From Phoronis australis (taxonomy: Eukaryota; Animalia; Phoronida), in the NCBI GenBank assembly GCA_002633005.1, contig NMRA01000077.1:124001-188000 (forward strand): a DNA stretch of 64,000 nt, written 5' to 3'. Under the pieces are notes generated by a model. The model was not told the DNA's origin, did no database searches, and saw only the letters and a program-made list of their open reading frames with translations. Positions 12,780 to 23,691 of the stretch are shown here, piece by piece (the first letter of the stretch is position 1; each line of letters opens with the position of its first letter). The position numbers were made by a program, and so were the translations under genes.

Positions 12780-14430
12780 CTGTGTTCAATTAGAAGTTAC
12801 AGAGACCAGATCAAAGGAGCCGATGTAGAAACTGGCAGAGCACTTTAAAATCTGGTATAAATGTTTATTACACGTGGCTCAATCAGGACACCGCATAATC
12901 CGTGACAGTTCCTCACTTCCGGTGGCAGAACAGTATAAATATGAAAGTACACACAAAACTTTTACTGGGATCAAAAGCGCATCAAACCAACTCCAGGCTT
13001 TCTTTGTCACCTCAGGTACACTAATATTGGACAAGCTGCTGTCACCAGAGTCCAGACCCAGACAGTTTGTAGCAACTGTTGGCCCAACTGCCACCTACTA
13101 ACATTGACTAATGGAAGTTTTCTATTATTGTGGTGATTTAGATCTACTAAATTCTTTTTATAGAATGCATTGTTAATGAACTGTTGTGTTGGTCTGAGGA
13201 GGTTTGTCTATCATTGATCAGAATTCTTTAATCATTATTGTGAAAGATGTTTAATCGCCATTAAAGTTAATGTGTTAGCAAGTCTTGAGACTGTAAACTG
13301 CTAAGAGGTCACTGATAAGTGAAAGAGTCAGAAATAATTTGTACACTGATTGTCAGAATTTGAAAACATTTACCTACGTCCACAGTATTGTAATGGCGAG
13401 ACGTACATCGCCTGTTGACCGATGATAGATTGCTCAGATTGGATGTCACTGGCAGACATGTTGGACTAATCAGACAACGCAAGCGAGAACCATCTTGCAC
13501 TGGGTGCGATGCTTCGCATAACGTTGATTCCCCAAATGTAACCTGGCAAAATTCCCTGATCACCAAATTCCTAGATAACCAAATTGGAAATGAGCTCACC
13601 AAATAATGCAGTCTCTGTGTGCGTTGGTGTGACAGCATACTTGCTATATATAGCATGGATCGCAGTATTTAGGACATTGCACGATTTCTTCATACTGGAA
13701 ATTCTTTTTGGAAATGTAAAAGAAATGTTGCATATATATCCCAAGAAGAAGGGGAATCTCAAAAAACTGGCACAACACTTTCAGCACTGAATAATTTTTA
13801 CAAAATATAAGTTGGTCTACCTCCAATACATGAATCAAACAATGCTTTTAAGAGAGGGCGCCACATGGGGCTTGTATTGAACGCCAGACTTTTTGGCAAG
13901 GTTCCATCAGCTCAGCCCATTGACTTCATACCTCGTTGTGACATTTCTGATAATATTGGAATTCCAATGCCATGGACATCTTGTTAATTATTGTGTCAGA
14001 AACAATAGAGGATAAATATCTTATGAGCAACAAGGTCAAGAACAGTTCAAAAACATTCTTAAATAGTTCCCACCCTGTAGTACGTAAAAATTTGAAAATA
14101 AAAAAGATTTTGGTAGATCTCTCCACTACGACCAGATTAGCTGCAACGGTGTTGAATCAGTTGTGCAGAAATGTTAGTGGAAGTGGCTCATTAAAGCAAT
14201 TACATATTTATGTTTGTGTTGAATGAGGACCCTACGAAATGGGCCAGCGCTGCGGTTTCTGAACAATTCCAAGTTGAAATGGACTTGCCGTAAGGCTCCG
14301 CACCGTCTTGCAGATCTGTGGCAAGTTAAGAGGATTATTGGTACAATGCAATGCTCACTTGTTGCGTCGGCGTGGTGCTTTAACTTAAAGCTGTATTTCA
14401 GTGTGTTGAGTGGGCTTATATTCTTGTGAA
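12780..14430 (-). mobile_element. Decayed Penelope-like retroelement (RT + GIY-YIG remnants)
   Basis: Minus-strand frameshifted pieces in the expected order: FNEPL.TNI (~SFDVxSLFTNI, ~14190), QDVHGIG (~QxxGxAMG, ~13975), EIPLL (~LPFLD, ~13755), SNLVI..EFCQVTFGES (GIY-YIG-like, ~13590-13530); boundaries approximate. Confidence 0.5.
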
Positions 14431-17118
14431 ATCGGTCTCATATTTCCTACCATGGTATGATTGTATCACACATGGGCTATTTTGGAATTCCGAATTTTAG
14501 ATTTGGCCATTCCCTGTAAACAATTGTTTTCTTGAGTCGCTGATGGTTTCGATGTACTGATTAAGTATGTTCAAAACATTCTGTAACTTATCGAGTGAGG
14601 CTTAGCTCCACCAACATTGGGTTTGCAGGTTTGATTCTGCACTGAGGCCGAGCCTCAGAAAGTCACTTTTGTCATTGAGTAATTATATTTTTTACATTTT
14701 AAGTACTTATTAACTCAAACAACACATTGGCTGAATGTGTAGTTTCCAGTTACTACGTTTTCTGTCGTCCTTCAAGACTGAAAGCCGATTACAAATTGCT
14801 AAGGCGAATGGGACAGTTGTTAACTCTGATCTGTAGAAATTTCATGTGCAAGCACTTCTGTTTCTACACTGGTTACTTGAAATGAGACACATGCCCAAGA
14901 GAGACAGGTCTTTGTTTTTTATTGAATTTGTTGTTCAATTTATTACATCAACATCAGTTTTCTCTTTTAAAGGATTGGGTGGTGAGGAAACAGATGAACT
15001 GCTGGTTAAAACGACTGTTGGTGGGCCGCATGCTCTGTTCTCAAAAAATTATTCAAGTTTTTGAAATACTTTGCTTTTACAGAGGGTACTTTCAGAAGTA
15101 GGTTTGAAATGATTTTGATAAAAATTGTCTCAAAGGTTTTATTAAATCCAAACACAAACGTTCTTTAAAAATGCTGAGAACTTTTTTTGAGAAATGTGGA
15201 TGTATTATTATTAGTAACAATACTTTTTTGTTTTGAATTTTGTTCTTTATTTGAAACATGTTTTATCTAAATCCTGTTATGATGTGAAGAACATCATTTG
15301 TGTCAGTTAATTACAAAAGTTCTAGTTTCAAGATGGTACTATTTCGCCAAGTTATTTTGTAGATATTTGACTTCGGGTATTGACTTCCTAATAAAGTTAC
15401 CTGTAACTTCAGCTCAAACTAGCCTTGCAATGTGTCATTCATAATGTAGTGAGCACCAACAGATGAAATGAACCCAGCTAATTAGATCATCAAAGCTGTC
15501 TGAAACCACTGACCCTAAGTGTTGCCTATTGGTGGTTGTCTGTCCATGTTGATGAAGACATGAATGTTCTGGACTGGTTATTTTCCAATGTGTTTGTGGA
15601 CTGCCATAGATGATCTGAAGTCAAAATCAGTTTCACTTGGGCAGATTATGTTTGTGAATGTTTGTGGCACAGATCACAGCCTTCTTCTTTTCACAGTGGT
15701 TAGGTAAGGTGAAGCTATGGAACACCAATCTGTTGTGTTGCAATTAGAGAGAGTGATTGATTGTACAAGTAAGCCAACATTTATGTGGTCATACAACTTT
15801 CCTTAATTTAACACAACACTTTAGCAGAAAGATTGAATTCCTCAAAGTTAATTTTTTAAATAAATGGTCAAATGTGGTTTACATGGCTGTTGAAGAAGAC
15901 TTAGGGGTGATGACTTTTATAGTCTAATTAAGTCTAGCCAAAATTATCGATTATCGAGTTAGTGTTGGTGAATCAATCTGTTGAAGCAATCAGTCCTCTA
16001 GATCCATGGCATGAACATAATGTATTAAGGAACACTAACTCACCATGTGATTATAAACCAAAACGAAGATTTCCTCTTCAAACATGGTTTTCAAAGATAG
16101 TGATGCATACAGCTTTAAATTGTTTTGTGCAATGTCTGTCAGCATCAAAATGCATTGTGTAACCATGGGAATTGATGTTTTCTTAGCAACAGTGTGGGCA
16201 ACATCAAGTCTTGGTACTAGTATTTTTGGAATCAATTGTTTTCAAGCATAAAAATTGATCTGTGTGTTGCTAGAATGATCAACATCTTCAAAGTTACCTC
16301 AGTGCTCCATTTGGCAAGCTACATGTCGTCAATGCGAGTAGACGTAGTGTTTGGCTACTGAGAACGGAGTATGCCACACAACATTGTCGGATGGTAGATA
16401 CATTTTACAACCTTTCTTTTGATAAAAAAAATTAAATAAAATGTCGCTTGTCTGCCATTTTGTGTACTAAACTGATGTAGCCAAGTTGCGTTTGTCGAGC
16501 TCTGAGGTCGGTTATTTCATTAAACTCGACTGGTAAACTTGCATCTTGTCATAAAATGAGTTGTGAATCTGTGAGTAGAAATTAACATTTGCCATGTCTG
16601 ATATTTGCAAGTCTAAGTCTTGCTTTAAAATCTTGATCAGTGAGCACTATTGTGTATTATGTAGCACTTCACAAGTTTTGGTGATCAATGTACAATTTGG
16701 AGGTAGGGACTAATAACTAGGTATATTTAGGTGGGCTACAAATGTGTTGCTAAGTAGTGTGCATCATTCTGTACAAACATGGCCTTCTTGAACCACAGTA
16801 GCTAAAGATAGATTCATGGAATGGGGTATCCTGGGAAATACGCACTGCTAATCTTGTGACTGAAAATTCAGGATGTTTATGTGGCGAGCACCTGGTTTCA
16901 GGAATCTTGCAGTCTTCCACACTGTGTAATGTGCAGGGAATTTTCCTATTTAGCTTTGTTTACTCATCGGTTATCGCCTATGTGTTGAAAATTACTATTT
17001 GCTGAAAAATGTATTGTGGACAGGCCTGGTAATAACTAGGTTTATCACAACTGGTGATGTCTTACAGCCTGTGTTACAGCTCAAGAAATTCTTCCTGTTG
17101 TTTGTAACTGCACAAGCA

Positions 17119-20100
17119 ATGGAGAATACAAGGAAGGATGGTGTATTTCTTTGCAAGGACAATGTCCCAGCTCAGGCACGGCTGTCGCATAGACAGAAGC
17201 GCAACAGGATTCGCCGCATCAAGAAAGGTACATTGTCACTAGCTGATTTATTCAACAAGCCTTCAGTCACTAACAGAAATGCAAGCCATGTGTCCAATGC
17301 AGCTTCTGTGACTAACTGTCCTGAATGCCCAACTGAGGAGTTGTCTAGAGGAACGAGTCAATCAGCAAGTGTTAAGTTTGGTGATGCAAAAGTTCCAGAG
17401 GTTGTGCTTGGAAATAACCAGTCAATAAAATATGAGTTAAAGTTTGATGAAGATATCCAGACAACGTATGCTACTAATAGATCAGAGACTAAGAAAGGAA
17501 GTGTCGAACAAGTTCATGAGTTAGATGAACAAGCGCCCTACTGTAAAAAGAAATCAAAGAAACCGAGAAAGAAAATTAAAAAGAAAAAAGCACAATTCAT
17601 GGACGATCAGCTAAGTGAAAATCATGCTGGCAGTGGCAGGTTCACTTCTGACCACTCAGTTTTCCCCAGTCAACATGGCATGGATATTACTGACAAGCAA
17701 ACCATTTGCAATAAGGATATTACTTCTAAGAATAAATACAGACGAAGGGATGTGAGTAAACAGCTCCTTACTGAAGCTACCATAAGTGCACCTGTCACCT
17801 CTTGTCTGACAACCTGTGGTTCTGAATACAACTCATCTATGTGTGGGAGAGGTATGATTGTTTATCCAGGTGGTGAACAAAGATTTTGCTGCTCTAATGC
17901 CAATGAGAAAAATGACAGTGGCGTGCCTAGTGAATTCAATGACTCGAATCTGAGGTCCCCAGCATTGGCTGCATACAGTATTTCAGATGTCAGTTCAGAG
18001 AATGTCTGTGTGGCAGGAAGTGGAACCAAGCTGCTCGGTCCCACAAGGGAAAATCAAATCTTTCTGTGTGGTAATGCAACTATTTTTGAACATCCCACAA
18101 CACTTGAGACAGGTGGAGCCAAGGAAGAACTAGGAGCAGAACATATTTCTAATAGAGCTAAAAGTCATAATGAGGGAAAGAGCTTGCACTCTGAAGGAGA
18201 GCAGGTGTGTCTAATTACTGTACACCAACAGTGTAAGACAGATGAATCTTCATACAGTTGTGATATAAGGCCTGAAGGAGCTGATTGTGCTTCGGATATT
18301 ATTGTAAATGAGGAAATGTCAGACCAGCCAGAGACACTAGATATAAGCACCCATTTTGGCTCTCCCAATTCCGGGTTTGTGTATTTTGACTCTGGTAGTA
18401 TGCTTGCTGTTTACAGTTCTGGGACTAATCTTTGTGACATAGAGCATGACAAGGACAGCCCTGCTAAAGGAGATGTGGCATCTGATGGTGGTTGTAAGAT
18501 GAGATTACATTTTGAAAGAGAACCCTACACTGCTTCCAGTGAGGAAGAAGGAACATGTGCACATATTTTTGATAACAGCATGTTAGTTGAGGAACAGCTT
18601 TTCAAGGATGCTCAGTTGGTTGATAAAAATGGTGAACCTGGAGAAATTGAATCAGAAGATCTAAATGAATCATCTCATTCTTCATCAGTTGACAGTTTTG
18701 AAGTACATGGGAGTGGAGAGAGTTTATCTGCTGAAGAGCTTCTGTCAAGCAGAGTTTTTGACAAGATGGACATAAAACAAAACTTTCAATCTGACCTGAA
18801 CAATGTATTGCCTGAAATTGAGAGCCCAGCGAAGAGAAGTTCCACTGATTTGTCTTTAAAAGAAGGGAAGTATGTTGATGATGGTGATTGTGATGATAAT
18901 GAGGATGATGATAATGACATTGTCATTTTAAAAGAAAAGATTTCTTTACACCATTGTGATGATGAACAAGACAATCCATTTGGGGAAATGCCTTGCCAGT
19001 CTGTTAATGCAACAGAGCATGAGGACTGTGATCCATTCAAAATTAATGATGGAACTGCAATGGTGACCAGTGGTGCAGCATTGCTAGATGACCTAAATGC
19101 TCCCATGAAAGTTGAAATGACCGTTATACCTTTCAAAAGTGAGACAATGAATCTATCATCTTATGACAGCCATGGAAATAATTTGTTCAAAACTGATGCT
19201 CCAGCAGACATGCGCTCTGAAATTTCATCGAAAGGATGTGAAAGCTCTGAAACAGCTGGTAGTGATGAGAAATATACAGATCATGAGGAATTGGAATCAC
19301 AGTTAGCTGGTCACAGTTTAGATAGTACATCATTTATAGATCCTGAAGTGAAACTTCTACCACCTAATGTTGCCTGTGACAAGCCAGCATGGGTAGAAAT
19401 TATGTTGACCAAGTGCACTGAAAAGTCCAAGTCTACACTTACTTGTGAAAATTGTGAAGACTCTAAATCTCAGTTGAATACAAGCCTTGAACTTTCTGCA
19501 GCATCATCACGAGAAGCTCAAAAGGTTTTTGTAGAAAGTACTATGTTGTCGTCAGATTCTGTTGAGCTATTTCCTGAGCATGTTTTGCCAAAAGAACTTC
19601 CTAAAACGTGGTCAGATGCTGCTGTAATATATTCTGAAGACACCATACTCCCAGAAAGCCTTACACAATATCCTGAAGTCCTAATGACTGCAGAAACTAC
19701 TGCTCAGTATCTTGAAGACCCTTTGTCCCAGGAAATTCCTGCAGCATATCCTGCAGTTGTGTTGCCCCTGGAATCTCTTAATCTGAATTCTTTAATGCCC
19801 AACGATGTTGTAGAACCATGTACTGAGGTCCCCACTGCCCTGGGTTTATCTCATCCATGTCCAGTGAAATCCTTGCAGGAGGGAGTCGTTGAACTCAGTT
19901 CTGAGTATATTGCACCAAAGAAAGTTGTTGAGCCACTTCTTGAGAATACTGTGCCTGTGGAAATTGTTAATCCTTGCCTTGAAAACATGATGCCCTCAAA
20001 AAGTGCTGATCCATGTCCAGAAATTTCTATGTCCCATGAAGTTGCTGAACTTAAAGACAATGTAAAATGTTGTCCTGGGGAGTCTATACCACACATGGGT

Positions 20101-21610
20101 TTTGCAATGCAGGAAACTATTGGGCCTCGTGGAGAGGGCTCTGTAGTTGAGATTTCTGGACAATGTCCTGAAGATTCATTCTCAAAGGAATATGTTGAAC
20201 ACTGTCCTGACGTACTTGTAGCCCAGGAGATTGTTGGACCATTTCATGACAACTTTTTGCCTCAGGAAGTTGAACTGGATCAGAAGGTTTCTGACCATTC
20301 ACCAAGTGATGAACATTATGCTGGAAACTATGTGCACCCGAAAAAGGCTGAGCTGTGTCCTGATGACATCATGTCCTGTTTTGTCAATGAACCCAATCTT
20401 AGGGATTCCATACCCCTGGAGAATTCAGACTCAAGCTGCTATTTTGAGGATTTTGAACCCCGGGAAATTGCTGTGCCGTGTCTTGGCGAATCTGCATCAC
20501 CTCCACATATTGATTGTATTGATGCAACCAGTGTGGATCTGTTGGCTTGTGATAGTTCTGTTGATGGTAAAACATCACATGATGAACCCACAGTTCTTCA
20601 ACAGTCGGCATCTCTGCAATCACATAGCTGTTGTGATCGTGCTACTTGTAATGAACCATTTACTGAATCCACAACAACATGGGACAACATGAGAGCTGAA
20701 GGTTCGGTGGAAACAGTGTCCTGTGAGGCTGATACTGAAGGAGGAGGAATTGGGAATTCAGAAGCAGAAGAGTTTGATTGTAAGGAATTTGGTGGTGTAG
20801 AAAAGTCAAGTGGTTGGGAATTAGGGACATCTCCTGATAGTAGCAATATTTATAGTTTGACAGCTTCAGTTTTACATGGCGATAGATCTCCAAAATCTGC
20901 TGATGTCCAAAACATTTTTGGCCTCGCTGCTGTTGCAGTGTCAGAATGTGCTGCTCTGAAGGTTAACAATTGTTCAGAGGTGAAGGATATTTATTCACTG
21001 ACTGCATCTGTTCTCACCAATTATGGTGGATTGTTAAAGCAGAAATGTACTGACAATATAGATTTACAAGTTATGGAAGAGAATTACATTGGTGAAGACT
21101 TTGGCATTACTTGCAACAAAATATATGTTGAGGGAAATAACCTTGACAAAAGTGTAGGTGGAGCGGATGAGACAGATGCGTCATATACTATCCAGCCCAA
21201 CATAGCCAGTTCCCCCATTGACAATAACAATATGCATCACATTGATAAGCCAAAGTCATTAAGGCCATTGTCTGACCTTCCTGCCACTTGGCGGTCCAAT
21301 GACCCACTCCACATGTACATCTCTGAAAATTGCGATAAGTTGAAATGTCATCTCTCTGTTGACTCCTGTGAAAGTTCGCAAAACAACGTTAGTTCATGTC
21401 ATAGTGCAGTCGCGCAAGGTGCCTCCTGTAGTCTGTCCATTGAAAAAGACATGGATGGTGATGGTAGTCTGTCTTCAATGGCATCACAGAATTCCACTAC
21501 CCATGTGCCTAGTGGTACAGGTCACTCCCCCATTCCCAAAGACATGGACATCAATGAGTTATGCAGCTATTTTGATTCAGCGTCACCGTCATTTGATGGA
21601 GAATTCTTTG
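17119..21610 (+). CDS. Giant 4492-nt coding exon, acidic/Ser/Cys-rich low-complexity polypeptide; probable 5' exon of the HSPA12 locus
   Basis: 1542-codon stop-free frame in AT-rich DNA; first ATG (GCAATGG) at 17119; donor TTG|GTAAGC at 21611 lies just before the in-frame stop; phase 1; no RT/transposase motifs seen. Confidence 0.85.
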
Positions 21611-23548
21611 GTAAGCTGTATGTTTGATACACAGTTTTTGTTTTAACTCTTTGTGTCTGGAGGTCATATTGTGGCAGTGGTTGTTTCTGCAAATGGTCGC
21701 AATAGAACTCTGTGGTGTCCTTGGTTCTGCACTGAAGACATACATGGCAAACAATGTATGAGCTCAAAACTCCATAAATCAACTGTTTCAGAATCTGGGT
21801 GTGTCTACTCTAGACAAATGCTGTTGGAATGTCTGCAACAGAGCCATAAAGTAAAATGTTTTTAATGTCTCACTGTCAGTCATTGAAGTGAATGCTTTTG
21901 TGATACTCTGGCCTTCTACGCCATGTGGATTTTTCAACTGCTTACTTTAAAGTTTACATGGTAAACAGTTGTGTTAAGGGTGCTCTAGACTCTGTCCTCT
22001 TGTTCTAACTCAGTGTTGGAAATGATTTCTTGGCATGAGTAGAACTGGCAGTTCATTTTTGTTTTATAGCAGTTCATGCCCACTGTAGTGTGTCATCTCG
22101 GGTATTCCAGGTGTTTTATTATAATGTAATTCACTTCAATCAAATTATAGAAATGCCATCAGATGGTGTTGTTTTGTACAAGTGAATGCGCCTGTGGTCA
22201 AAGTTGTTTTTACACAACGACATGGTTTATTGCAACTAAGTTTCAAAACTTTGAATTAACATTAGCTCTGTGTTCAGGTAACAATGGCTTTGGCAATCTC
22301 ACCGTTTCCAGTAAAATACATGTTGCAGATTTGTGCTGCCTGATTGTACGTTTTCACTTCCAGTAAATGTACCAATTTGTGCAACAGAAAATGGAATAGG
22401 GTTGTTTGTTAGGTTAAAGAAAATAGAAAATTAGTTCTAGTTACCATTTTTGGTGCTCATATTTGATTAACAATAAAAAGCCAGATGATATGGGCTGAAA
22501 TGGGTCTGGACCCATCTTTAGCCCCAGCATCCCCACGTGCCTCTGAGCTAAAATGGAGTATAATCCTTTTTTACTCCTAGAGTCACCTGATGCCTGGTGA
22601 AAAGGGTGGATCCTTTTTTTTACCGAACATCACCCAATGCCAACTGTGAATATTTCAAAATGAGTCAGTGCAGGGAGGAGCCAAGTCATCAGTTTGTCGC
22701 TTGTGTCTCAACATCAAGTCATGTTACTGGCAGAATGATGGGGAAACTAATACAGGAAATTATAAGTACTACGCCTGATTTAGTGAAGTTGGAAATTTAT
22801 TTATAGTACATGGTGTTGTAGGTTTATTCTCTGCCATGTTGCATTAGTTTTGATTCTCTACTTCTTTTAATTTCTTAAATTTAATATTATGTTGTTAAAA
22901 ACAGAATTTATTACCGAGTGTCCAGTTATATTTACTGTTTTGGGAAATGTTAGGTCTTCATTGGTTTTTGACAGCATAGTTCTTCACATTTGTTTTTAAT
23001 GCCACAAGTTGAAAAGACACAACACTGTCTGGACTCCTTAATTGCCTTTCTCTTGGTATGTTTAACTGTGTTAAGTAGATATCTTCTTTCACCTTCAGTG
23101 AGTTTTCTCCTCTTACCTAAGCACTGATTATCATGCTGTTTTTCCACACCAAGGCCTTCCTAAATACCAATTTACTTTGAACCAATCCAGGTGCTGTTTT
23201 GATTAGTCACTCAGGGTGTAGTAATGCAGTTGATAGATTTAGATGGATGGGACAGGTACCTTTTTATAGTTTACATTATGCTGCCTACGGTATGCTGTGC
23301 AGCTGCCAAGGCACTGTAAATTTCTTCACTTGGGTTTCTGGTGCATCTCCAAGCAGCAATGTGATGTCTACTTAGGATACCTTGTGCAAGCAAATTTCTG
23401 GTGTAAGGTAATGATTTGTTAGCAACTTCTTGCCATCCTGAGTGTTTCAGAGTGCGGGACATCTTTGCTGTTTAACACAGAGTGCCTGTTTTCGAATATC
23501 TTGATAGATCGTAGATATTCATCTGTGACATAGATACTAGTCACAATA

Positions 23549-23629
23549 CAGGGGTTCTGTATGTTGAGAATCAGTTTTCTCCTCTTAATAATGAGACATC
23601 AAACTGGTTCTCGGAATTTGGGACCCCTG
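23549..23629. mobile_element. 81-bp Tc1/mariner-type MITE
   Basis: TA-CAGGGGT...ACCCCTG-TA with internal inverted GAGAATCAGTTT / AAACTGGTTCTC; related fragment near 10190-10250. Confidence 0.6.
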
Positions 23630-23691
23630 TAAGTTACTATTGCCATTTTGTGTAAGATTTCTATTTTGATGCAGAGTCCTTAATTTGAGAT

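Noticed and set aside
16999-17118. TTG start given by the ORF track
   Set aside because: Eukaryotic locus; first ATG is 17119 and the upstream part looks like intron or UTR.
17862-21782. Antisense and alternative-frame ORFs overlapping the giant exon
   Set aside because: Short shadows of the main coding frame, no motifs.
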